NCBI RefSeq assembly: GCF_000012925.1
Contig: NC_007517.1
Location: 180,001 to 212,000, forward strand
Reading direction: 5' to 3'
Origin: Geobacter metallireducens GS-15
Lineage (GTDB): Bacteria > Desulfobacterota > Desulfuromonadia > Geobacterales > Geobacteraceae
DNA: 32,000 nucleotides
In this document: piece by piece, positions 14,652 to 24,290 of the stretch
Layout: the number at the start of each line of letters is the position of its first letter
Position numbering within the stretch: position 1 is the stretch's first letter
Position numbers and translations under genes: made by a program
Notes under the pieces: model-generated
The model's database searches: none
Told to the model about the DNA's origin: nothing
What the model saw: only the letters and a program-made list of their open reading frames with translations

Positions 14652-14936
14652 ATGAAACATCTCAAGGGAATGGTTGTTCTGCTGGCTGCAGTAGTGGCGA
14701 TGTCCGCGGTCGGATGCAAGAAGAAGGAGGTAGGGCCGGCGGAGAAGGCGGGACAAGAGATCGACAAGGCCGTGGAAAAGGCCGGCGAAGGGCTTGGCAA
14801 GGCAACCGAAAAGAGCAAGGAGGCTGTCGAGAAAGCCGGTGAAAAGGTGGGCGAGGCCGTCGACAAAAGCAAAGAGGCAGTCGACAAGGCTGCCGACAAG
14901 ACCAAAGATGCGGTCAAGGACGCAACACAGAAGTAA
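14652..14936 (+). CDS. small lipoprotein with Lys/Glu/Ala-rich 11-mer repeats (94 aa)
   Basis: RBS AAGGAGG at 14639-14645. Lipobox LAAVVAMSAVG-C. The mature part is repetitive: EKAGQEIDKAVEKAGEGLGKATEKSKEAVEKAGEKVGEAVDKSKEAVDKAADKTKDAVKDA. This is the last 94 codons of track ORF 14022-14936. Confidence 0.75.
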   Translation: MKHLKGMVVLLAAVVAMSAVGCKKKEVGPAEKAGQEIDKAVEKAGEGLGKATEKSKEAVEKAGEKVGEAVDKSKEAVDKAADKTKDAVKDATQK

Positions 14937-14951
14937 CGTGAGCATCGCGCA

Positions 14952-15256
14952 ATGATCGTCCCCTTTGAGCACGTCCTGATCCTGGCCGGCATCCTCTTTG
15001 CCCTGGGGCTCGTCTGCGTCCTGGTCTGGCGGATGAACCTGATCATGCTCCTCATCGGCATCGAGGTGATGCTCAACGCCGCCATGCTCGCCTTTGTGGG
15101 AGGGGCGGCCCGATGGGGAATGGCCGACGGCCAGGTCTTCTCCCTCGTCATCATGGCCCTCACCTCAGCCGAGGTCTCCCTGGCCCTGGCCATGGTGGTC
15201 TACCTCCACCGGCGCAAGAGGACGGTGGATGCGGATGAGTTCAGCGAGCTGAAGGG

Positions 15257-15260
<4 letters not shown>
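14952..15260 (+). CDS. nuoK: NADH-quinone oxidoreductase subunit K
   Basis: 102 aa with three TM segments. LIGIEVMLNAAMLAF and ALTSAEVSLALAMVVYL carry the conserved membrane glutamates. Confidence 0.92.
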
Positions 15261-17134
<1,874 letters not shown>

Positions 17135-17198
17135 ATGGAGAACCGCCGGAATGGATGCGCAGCATGAATGACCGGACTGAACACGGAAGGGACCGGGG

Positions 17199-17891
17199 AT
17201 GAGCACGAAGAGCGAAACTCACTATGCGGAGCGAATCGGCTGGCTGCGGGCGGCAGTGCTCGGGGCCAACGACGGGATCATTTCCACCGCGAGCCTGGTC
17301 GTGGGGGTGGCGGCCGCCCATGCCGCCCGGGGAAATGTGCTCATAGCCGGGGTGGCGGGCCTCGTCGCCGGCACCATGTCCATGGCAGCGGGCGAGTATG
17401 TGTCCGTCAGCTCCCAAGCCGACACCGAAAAGGCCGACCTGGCCCGCGAGAGGAGGGAACTGGAGGAAGACCACGAGTTCGAGCTCAAGGAACTTGCGTC
17501 CATCTATGTGGACAGGGGGCTTGAACCGCAGCTTGCCAAGCAGGTCGCTACGCAGCTCATGGCCCACGACGCCCTGGCGGCCCACGCCCGCGACGAACTG
17601 GGGCTCAACGAAATACACACTGCGCGCCCCATCCAGGCGGCACTGGCGTCGGCGGTCACCTTTGCCGTCGGAGCAACCCTCCCCCTCATCATCACCCTGC
17701 TCAGTCCGGAGCAACTCATCGTCCCCGGCGTGGCCGGAGGCTCCCTCGTCTGCCTGGCGCTCCTGGGAACGCTGGCGGCACGGGCTGGGGGCGCGGACAT
17801 CGCCGTCGGCGCAACGCGGGTAACGCTCTGGGGGGCGCTGGCCATGGCGGCCACGGCAGGGGTCGGGGCGCTCTTCGGGACGGCTGTGTGA
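17199..17891 (+). CDS. VIT1/CCC1-family membrane protein (putative Fe/Mn transporter)
   Basis: ERIGWLRAAVLGANDGIISTASLVVGVAAA, SMAAGEYVSVSSQ, and an acidic central helix (ERRELEEDHEFELKEL) followed by three TM segments. Confidence 0.8.
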   Translation: MSTKSETHYAERIGWLRAAVLGANDGIISTASLVVGVAAAHAARGNVLIAGVAGLVAGTMSMAAGEYVSVSSQADTEKADLARERRELEEDHEFELKELASIYVDRGLEPQLAKQVATQLMAHDALAAHARDELGLNEIHTARPIQAALASAVTFAVGATLPLIITLLSPEQLIVPGVAGGSLVCLALLGTLAARAGGADIAVGATRVTLWGALAMAATAGVGALFGTAV

Positions 17892-17987
17892 GCGGGTGAG
17901 CAATACACGTTAGGCAACCCTCACATGAGACGCACAACATCACGGAAATTATACTCGGGAGAAAAATCTCCAGACAAGGAGCTTGGC

Positions 17988-19778
17988 ATGACCATCATCA
18001 CTGCTCACTGCCGGTGCATCCTGCAGTCTGTCGCTTCCCTTATTCTGCTACTGCTTTTTGTGCAGGTCGGCGCAGCTCAGCCTTCTGATGCAGCTCAGCC
18101 TCCTGATACGTGCAGTGGCTGCCACGCGGACCGGTCGAAAATGCTTCGGTTCGGCTTCCCCCACCTGAGCGTGACTGCTGAGGAGGCAACCAGGCAATCA
18201 GGCATGAACGCAGCCTGTTCAGATTGCCATTTGGGAGACCCGACGAACCCGGGCCGCACGGCTGCCCACCGGGGCATGGGACGGTTGCTATTGGTGCGCA
18301 AGAAAGGGATGCTGGCCGAGTCTGTACAGCGCGAGGCCCCTCTGAAGCTGACCGGCAATCCCATGACCCGTATTCAGCATCAAATCGTCAGGGACGGCAA
18401 GGTGGTCATCGACCCCAATGTCACCCTGATCCTCTATCAGGACAAGCGTCGAGACAATCTTTCCCAGGATTTCGGCGTCATGGAGAAGACCTGCGGCGCC
18501 TGCCATGCCAAGGAGTTCTCCGAGTTCACCCAGAGTACTATGGGACGCAACGCCAAACAGAGCCGATACCAGAGCTGGACCGACCAACAGCGAGGCCCCC
18601 ATAACTGCGGCGCATGGTTCAATGGAAATTACGAGAGAATCTCAACCAACACGGCCGTCCCCTTTTCTCGGGAGCAAAGTGCGTTGAACCAGCGCAGTTG
18701 CAACACCTGCCACGTGGGGTGCCTCGATTGTCACTACGATCCACAGCCGACGGATCCGGCCAACCCAAAGCGGGGGATACACACCTTCAACCGAGTACCG
18801 AAGCCGGAAAGCTGCTATGGTGGCGGCCGTGGGCAGATCTGCCATGCCGGGCCGGAGGAGCGGCGCCGGGGAGCGGGCTATTTCGGCGGCAGCTACGCCA
18901 ACCCGGAGGGAATGGAGCCGGACATCCATCAGGCTAAGAAGGTTGGCTGTCTCGACTGCCACGAAAACAGCGGATCCAAGAGCGGCCTGGGACATGGGAT
19001 GATCAAGCGGCAGGGACGTTGCGACCGGTGCCACGAGCGGCAGGTCGCCAGCCACAAGCTGACGCTACACAAAACTCTCTCCTGCGAAGCATGCCACATT
19101 CAGAACATTTCCGGCTACCAGGGGACCTTCTGGGGACCAGGCAAACTGGCCGGTTCAAACACGCCCTTCTTCAAGTACAAGGAATACTACGGGATCATGA
19201 AGGAGCCTATTCTGATACGCGATCAAAACGGGCGCTGGATACCGGTAAAACCATTTCCGATGGCGGTCCTGAACCAGAAGGAGTCGGCATTGAAGCCGGG
19301 GCTGCACTGGCGCTGGCCCAAAGAACTGCCCGACCTGCAGCGCACCGATGACGCTTACGGGTATGTCGGGCTGTTCGACGGCTTGCCCGAGAACAACCGG
19401 GCACTGGCATGGATCCAGATGGACAAGGTCTCCCATAAATATGGGAAAAGCCGTCCTTGCGCCTCGTGCCACGAGTTGCCCGACGGCGAGCAGCGCCAGC
19501 ATGTGGAATGGGACTTCACTGACGCCGGCGCTTTACCCTTCAGCGGGAGTCACGTGGTAGTTGCCGGGAAGAAGGGGCTTTCCATTCGTGACATGAAGTC
19601 TGAAAAAATCGACGTCCTCGATGGATACCGCTTGTCCAGCCTGGCACCCTGGTTCTATTTGAAGGATCGTTGGCAAATTGAGGGAGACTTCTCCTTGCCG
19701 TCGATCAAGGAGCAGGAGTTCTACAGCCGGGCCAAGGGAGATGTCGCCAAGGCGCGTCAGGCGAGGGTTGTGCATTGA
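17988..19778 (+). CDS. secreted multihaem c-type cytochrome (596 aa, nine CXXCH plus one possible CX8CH)
   Basis: RBS AAGGAG at 17976-17981. Signal peptide ...LILLLLFVQVGAAQP. Haem motifs: CSGCH, CSDCH, CGACH, CNTCH, CLDCH, CLDCH, CDRCH, CEACH, CASCH. The C-terminal ~200 aa contain only one haem motif. G+C is lower than the flanks: two hand-counted lines gave 55 and 48%. Confidence 0.9.
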   Translation: MTIITAHCRCILQSVASLILLLLFVQVGAAQPSDAAQPPDTCSGCHADRSKMLRFGFPHLSVTAEEATRQSGMNAACSDCHLGDPTNPGRTAAHRGMGRLLLVRKKGMLAESVQREAPLKLTGNPMTRIQHQIVRDGKVVIDPNVTLILYQDKRRDNLSQDFGVMEKTCGACHAKEFSEFTQSTMGRNAKQSRYQSWTDQQRGPHNCGAWFNGNYERISTNTAVPFSREQSALNQRSCNTCHVGCLDCHYDPQPTDPANPKRGIHTFNRVPKPESCYGGGRGQICHAGPEERRRGAGYFGGSYANPEGMEPDIHQAKKVGCLDCHENSGSKSGLGHGMIKRQGRCDRCHERQVASHKLTLHKTLSCEACHIQNISGYQGTFWGPGKLAGSNTPFFKYKEYYGIMKEPILIRDQNGRWIPVKPFPMAVLNQKESALKPGLHWRWPKELPDLQRTDDAYGYVGLFDGLPENNRALAWIQMDKVSHKYGKSRPCASCHELPDGEQRQHVEWDFTDAGALPFSGSHVVVAGKKGLSIRDMKSEKIDVLDGYRLSSLAPWFYLKDRWQIEGDFSLPSIKEQEFYSRAKGDVAKARQARVVH

Positions 19779-19945
19779 AAAAGCTTCTGTCATGGGGTGC
19801 CGTCGGACTCCTAACGAGCGCCCTGCTCGATCCGCTCATCTATTCCATGCTGGAGAAGCCGATTCCGTGGCTGCGCGATATACTCATGGGGGCGGGGGGC
19901 TGCGTCTGCTTCTATCTCCTGATCCGCTTCCGCAATGAGCTGTGA
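19775..19945 (+). CDS. candidate 56-aa two-TM micro-protein, translationally coupled to the cytochrome (TTG start)
   Basis: TTG 19775-19777 overlaps the cytochrome stop (cATTGA). Translation: (M)KKLLSWGAVGLLTSALLDPLIYSMLEKPIPWLRDILMGAGGCVCFYLLIRFRNEL. 43/56 third positions are G/C. It is absent from the track because of the non-ATG start. Confidence 0.4.
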   Translation: MKKLLSWGAVGLLTSALLDPLIYSMLEKPIPWLRDILMGAGGCVCFYLLIRFRNEL

Positions 19946-19988
19946 CGGTGGCGGGTTGCCACAAAACGTGATGTCGTAAAACAGGTAC

Positions 19989-21485
19989 TTGATCGTGACC
20001 GACTATCCGATCCTCACCATCCTCATCTTCCTCCCCCTGGCGGGATGCCTCTGTTTAGCGCCGGTCTGGCACTGCCGGACGTCTGCCCGCGCCGTGGCCC
20101 TGGGGTTTGCCGTTGCCGAACTGGCCCTGGCGGCGTGGCTTCTGGTGGCCGCCACGGGGATGCCCGCCGCCCCCGGCGCGCCGACGGGGTATTTCCTCTG
20201 GGAGGATGCCGTGTGGATCGAGCGCTTCGGCATCCGCTACCTCCTTGGGATGGACGGGATCAGCCTCCTCATGGTGGCGCTCACGGCCTTCATCACGGTG
20301 GTCGCCATGGCGGTATCGTGGCGCGCCGTCACCGAGCGGACGGCCCTCCACTATTTCCTCATCCTCCTCATGGAGAGCGGGCTCATGGGGGTCTTCCTCG
20401 CCCTGGATCTCGTCCTCTTCTACCTCTTCTGGGAGGTGATGCTGATCCCCATGTTCTTCCTGATCGGCATCTGGGGACACGGCCGCCGCATCTACTCGGC
20501 GGTGAAGTTCTTCCTCTACACCCTGGCCGGTTCACTCCTGATGCTCCTGGCCATCATCGGGGTCTACCTCATACATGGCGATGCCACCGGCATCTACACC
20601 TTCACCCTCCCCCTCCTGGCCAAGGCCCCCATAGCCCACGCCGCGGCACCGTGGCTCTTCGGGGCGTTTCTCCTGGCCTTCGCCATCAAGTTCCCCCTCT
20701 TCCCGGTGCACACCTGGCTCCCCGATGCCCACACCGACGCCCCCACGGCCGGGAGCGTGATCCTGGCGGCGCTCCTCCTGAAAACCGGGGCCTATGGGCT
20801 GGTTCGCTTCGGCTACCCCCTCTTTCCCGAGGCGGCCAAGGGGTTCACGCCCTTCATTTCGGCGCTGGCCGTCGTCGGCATCCTCTACGCCTCGTGGGTC
20901 GCCTATGCCCAGGAGGACATGAAGCGGATGGTGGCCTACTCCAGCGTGGGGCACATGGGGTTCGTGGCCCTGGGAATCGCCTCCTGGAGCCCGGTGGCCC
21001 TGTCCGGTTCCATCCTCCAGATGGTGAACCACGGCGTCACCACCGGCGCCCTCTTCGCCCTGGTGGGGATGCTGGACGAACGGACCGATACCCGGGAGAT
21101 CGCCGCCTACGGCGGGGTGTGGGGGAAAGCGCCCAAGCTCGCCTTCTTCTTTCTCCTTTTCGCCATGACATCGGCGGGGTTGCCGGGGCTCAACAACTTC
21201 ACGGGCGAATTCCTGATCCTTGCGGGGGTCTTCCGGACTACGCCGGCGGCAGCGGCCATCGCCTTTATCGGCATCGTGCTGCCGCTCATCTACACAGTGA
21301 GGCTCGTGCAGGAGGTGCTCTTCCAGACGGAGCGGCGGCCCCTGCGACTGCCGGACGTGACCCTGCGGGAGGAGGCGCTTCTGGCGGTGCTGGCGACGAT
21401 CGACGTGTATATCGGTGTCCATCCGAAACCGCTCCTGGATATCCTCAAGGTGCCGGTGGCGCTCCTGACGGGGGCGACGCCATGA
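19989..21485 (+). CDS. nuoM: NADH-quinone oxidoreductase subunit M (antiporter-like)
   Basis: 498 aa. FAIKFPLFPVHTWLPDAHTDAPTAGSVILAALLLKTGAYG. TTG start at 19989; GTG at 19995 is an alternative. Confidence 0.93.
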   Translation: MIVTDYPILTILIFLPLAGCLCLAPVWHCRTSARAVALGFAVAELALAAWLLVAATGMPAAPGAPTGYFLWEDAVWIERFGIRYLLGMDGISLLMVALTAFITVVAMAVSWRAVTERTALHYFLILLMESGLMGVFLALDLVLFYLFWEVMLIPMFFLIGIWGHGRRIYSAVKFFLYTLAGSLLMLLAIIGVYLIHGDATGIYTFTLPLLAKAPIAHAAAPWLFGAFLLAFAIKFPLFPVHTWLPDAHTDAPTAGSVILAALLLKTGAYGLVRFGYPLFPEAAKGFTPFISALAVVGILYASWVAYAQEDMKRMVAYSSVGHMGFVALGIASWSPVALSGSILQMVNHGVTTGALFALVGMLDERTDTREIAAYGGVWGKAPKLAFFFLLFAMTSAGLPGLNNFTGEFLILAGVFRTTPAAAAIAFIGIVLPLIYTVRLVQEVLFQTERRPLRLPDVTLREEALLAVLATIDVYIGVHPKPLLDILKVPVALLTGATP

Positions 21486-22882
21486 CCATAACCGAACTCT
21501 GGGCCCTCATCCCTCTTCTGATCCTCGCCTGCGGGAGCGTCTTCGTGCTCATGCTCGGGGCAATCGTGCCGGGACGGTGCGGAACCGTCATCGGCGTTGC
21601 CGTCTGCGCCGGCACGGCTCTCTGGGCGATGCTGGCTCCGCCGCAGCCCCTGGCGCCGCCGACTCTGGGAGTGACCGTCACCCCCTTTACCCGCTTCTTC
21701 CTCGTATTTTTCGCCGTGACGGCAGGCTTGTCGCTCCTCCTGGCCCGAGACCATGCGGCGCGGCAGGGGCTTAAGGGGGAGGAGTACCCGGCCACGATCC
21801 TCTTCGGCACCTTCGGCATGGGTGTGGTGGCGAGCGCGGCCAACTTCCTGACCCTCTTCCTGGGGCTGGAGGCCCTCACCTTCGCCTTCTACATTCTGGT
21901 GGCCTACGACCACAACCGCCCGGCGTCCGGGGAGGCAGGGCTCAAGTACCTCCTCATGGGGGCCGTGTCGGCGGCCTTTGTGGCATTCGGCATCGCGCTC
22001 CTCTACGGGGCCACGGGGACCCTGGAGATTAGCCGGGCCGTGGCCGCCTCGGCAGCCGGGGGAGGGATCGCCCTGGCGGGATGGGGGCTCCTCTTGGCGG
22101 GGCTCGCCTTCAAGATATCCCTGGCACCGGCCCACCTCTGGACCCCGGACATCTACCAGGGGGGGCCGACGCCGGTGGTGGCCTTCCTCGCCTCCGGCTC
22201 CAAGGGGGCGGCCATCGCCCTTTTCCTGCTCATTCTCTCCCCCCTCGGAACGCTCGGCACCCTGCGGGCGCCCCTCTGGGGGCTGGCGTTCCTCTCCATG
22301 ACCGTCGGGAACCTGGCGGCACTCCTGCAGCCCAACGTGAAGCGGATGCTCGCCTACTCATCCGTGGCCCAGATGGGGTACGTGGCCCTGGCGCTCCTGT
22401 CGGGGGGACGGGGGTACGAGGCTGCGGCGTTTTATGCCGTGGCCTACGGAGCCATGGTCCTGGCTGCCTTCGGCGCCCTTGCCTCCCTGGAGGGAGAAAC
22501 GCCGCTGGAACAGGTGGATGACCTCCGGGGGCTCGGCTATCACCGCCCCTTCCAGGGGGTGGTGCTGGCCGTGGCCATGCTCGCCCTGGCAGGGATTCCT
22601 CCAACGGTGGGCTTTGTGGGAAAGTTCGCCATCTTCTTCGCGGCCCTGAAAGGGGGAGAGGCTCCCCTGGCGGTCATCGGCATCCTCACGGCGGCGGCCT
22701 CGGCCTACTACTACCTGCGGGTGGTGGTGAACCTCTACATGAAACCGGCGGATGAGACGGGCTCCGGCCAACGCCCCACCGTTGCGGAAGCGCTCTCCCT
22801 TGGCATTGCAGCCCTCGCCATCTTCATCCTCGGCATCTGGCCCGGCCCCCTCTTCGACCTGGCAGCCGCGATTCTTCGCTAG
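21482..22882 (+). CDS. nuoN: NADH-quinone oxidoreductase subunit N (antiporter-like)
   Basis: 466 aa, the last part of track ORF 20045-22882. ATGA overlap with the nuoM stop. FKISLAPAHLWTPDIYQGGPTPVVAFLASGSKGAA. Confidence 0.93.
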   Translation: MTITELWALIPLLILACGSVFVLMLGAIVPGRCGTVIGVAVCAGTALWAMLAPPQPLAPPTLGVTVTPFTRFFLVFFAVTAGLSLLLARDHAARQGLKGEEYPATILFGTFGMGVVASAANFLTLFLGLEALTFAFYILVAYDHNRPASGEAGLKYLLMGAVSAAFVAFGIALLYGATGTLEISRAVAASAAGGGIALAGWGLLLAGLAFKISLAPAHLWTPDIYQGGPTPVVAFLASGSKGAAIALFLLILSPLGTLGTLRAPLWGLAFLSMTVGNLAALLQPNVKRMLAYSSVAQMGYVALALLSGGRGYEAAAFYAVAYGAMVLAAFGALASLEGETPLEQVDDLRGLGYHRPFQGVVLAVAMLALAGIPPTVGFVGKFAIFFAALKGGEAPLAVIGILTAAASAYYYLRVVVNLYMKPADETGSGQRPTVAEALSLGIAALAIFILGIWPGPLFDLAAAILR

Positions 22883-22894
22883 AACGGAGCCCCC

Positions 22895-23227
22895 GTGCAG
22901 AGCATCATAAAGGCCCTCATCAGCCTCGTCATCATCATCGCCTGCGCCAAAATCGGCAAACGCTTCCCGACCCTCGGGGGCCTCATCGCCACCATGCCCC
23001 TCACGAGCCTCCTGGTCCTCCTCTGGCTCTGGTCCGACGCGCCGGGAGACTACCGGCTCATGGAGGGGTACACGAAGGGGGTCCTCTGGGGGATCATCCC
23101 GACGGTCCTCTTTTTCGTGGCAGCCTTGTTCCTCTTCCGGCGCCAGTTCCCCCTGCCCCTGGTCCTGGCGGCCAGCTTCGGTGTCTGGCTGACCGGGGCC
23201 GCAGTGCACCAGTATTTTCTCAGGTGA
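22895..23227 (+). CDS. small four-TM membrane protein (110 aa; resembles DUF3147-type proteins, unverified)
   Basis: GTG start 12 nt after the nuoN stop. Hydrophobic throughout (IKALISLVIIIACAKIGKRFPTLGGLIATMPLTSLLVLLWLW...). Confidence 0.7.
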   Translation: MQSIIKALISLVIIIACAKIGKRFPTLGGLIATMPLTSLLVLLWLWSDAPGDYRLMEGYTKGVLWGIIPTVLFFVAALFLFRRQFPLPLVLAASFGVWLTGAAVHQYFLR

Positions 23228-23369
23228 GGCACTTACAAAACTATTGCGGGACCGGTCTGCGTTGTTGCCGCTCGCTCGAAAGCTCAACGTACCAACGGGT
23301 ACGCGTCGCTTCCTCGTTCGCTTGCGCCTAGCATCCCGGCCTCCTCATCACGTTTTGCAAATGCCTCAC
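23224..23369. repeat. 146-nt imperfect palindromic intergenic element (E2)
   Basis: Arms 23224-23241 (GTGAGGCACTTACAAAAC) and 23352-23369 (GTTTTGCAAATGCCTCAC) are complementary at 16/18. A central CGTACC-aacg-GGTACG hairpin is present. Like E1, it starts at GGTGAG overlapping the upstream TGA stop and contains CGGGACCG. Confidence 0.65.
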
Positions 23370-23390
23370 GTAGCAACGAAAGGAATTGTC

Positions 23391-24290
23391 ATGTCTCGCT
23401 GGTTGAAGGCCGCAGCCGCGGCCTTTCTCATGCTGCTGAGTACGACCGTGGCCCGGGCAGGCGATGCGCAGCACTACGCAGTGGCAGAGTTGCCGACGCC
23501 GGTGCTCAACACCCCGGATTTTCCCCGCGTATTCGGCGGCCAGGACGGCAGGACCGTCAAAACCGACCACCAGGGACAGATCCGAGAACTAGAGTTCATC
23601 GCCCTGCCGGGGGCAGCCTTTACGGTGCAGGAGACGCTCCGCAGGGGGGGATCGGTGGTCCACCGGGTCACCACCGACGACTACCCCTACCCGACCACGA
23701 CAGGCTACTTTGTGGATGCCCGCTTCGTACGGCTCACGGACGAAACGCCCCATCCCCGTGCCCGGAAACTTCCTTCCCGCAACAAGATCATCACCCGACT
23801 CCTGGCGGCCCGGGGAAGCCGTTACGTCTGGGGAGGAAACGTCCGTGCGGGGGTGCCGGATATGATCCGCCTCTTTCCCCCGGCGGGAAAACTCTCCGCC
23901 GAGACGGAGCGCCGCTGGCTGCTGCAAGGGCTCGACTGCTCGGGGCTCCTCTACGAGGCCACCGACGGCGTCACCCCCCGCAACACGAGCGCCCTTGCTG
24001 GCTACGGCCGGGGGGTGCCCATTGCCGGGCTCTCTACAGAAGAGATCCGCCAGCAACTGGAGCCCCTGGACCTCATCGTCTGGAAGGGACACGTGATTAT
24101 CGTCCTTGACCGGGAGCGGACCATCGAGAGCCGACTCGGCCCGGTGCCGGGAAAGCGGGACGGTGTGGCCGTGAGGCCGCTGCGGGATGTTCTGTCCGAG
24201 GTGATGGGAAAGAGGGTGCCTGTGGATCGGTTCGCGGAGAAAAACGGGAGGGGAGAGAAGACCTTTGTCGTGCGACGGTGGTACCCCTAG
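23391..24290 (+). CDS. secreted NlpC/P60-family (C40) cell-wall hydrolase-like protein
   Basis: ATG 23391 follows GAAAGGA. Signal peptide MSRWLKAAAAAFLMLLSTTVARA. YVWGGN ... GLDCSGLLYEA (catalytic Cys) ... VWKGHVIIVLD (His). Confidence 0.7.
   Translation: MSRWLKAAAAAFLMLLSTTVARAGDAQHYAVAELPTPVLNTPDFPRVFGGQDGRTVKTDHQGQIRELEFIALPGAAFTVQETLRRGGSVVHRVTTDDYPYPTTTGYFVDARFVRLTDETPHPRARKLPSRNKIITRLLAARGSRYVWGGNVRAGVPDMIRLFPPAGKLSAETERRWLLQGLDCSGLLYEATDGVTPRNTSALAGYGRGVPIAGLSTEEIRQQLEPLDLIVWKGHVIIVLDRERTIESRLGPVPGKRDGVAVRPLRDVLSEVMGKRVPVDRFAEKNGRGEKTFVVRRWYP

Noticed and set aside
17901-17945. Resemblance of ACACGTTAGGCAACCC...GAGACGCACAAC upstream of the multihaem cytochrome to the GEMM-I (cyclic dinucleotide) riboswitch core ACGCACAGGGCAAACC...GGGACGCAAAGCC. 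Geobacter places such riboswitches before cytochrome genes.
   Set aside because: The intervening sequence cannot form the P1 hairpin with a GNRA loop (CTCA-ca-TGAG leaves a 2-nt loop). I could not find the second half of the motif (CCGGCCUAAACC...GGUAGGUAGCGGGGUUACC). An Infernal scan would settle it.
18072-18107. Tandem 18-nt duplication GCAGCTCAGCCTTCTGAT / GCAGCTCAGCCTCCTGAT.
   Set aside because: It is an in-frame duplication encoding AAQPSD-AAQPPD right after the cytochrome signal peptide. This is a small slippage-type duplication, not a repeat element or CRISPR-like array.
20045-21481. The first ~479 codons of the 945-aa ORF 20045-22882.
   Set aside because: This is a shadow frame over nuoM. 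The real gene, nuoN, starts at the ATGA overlap at 21482.
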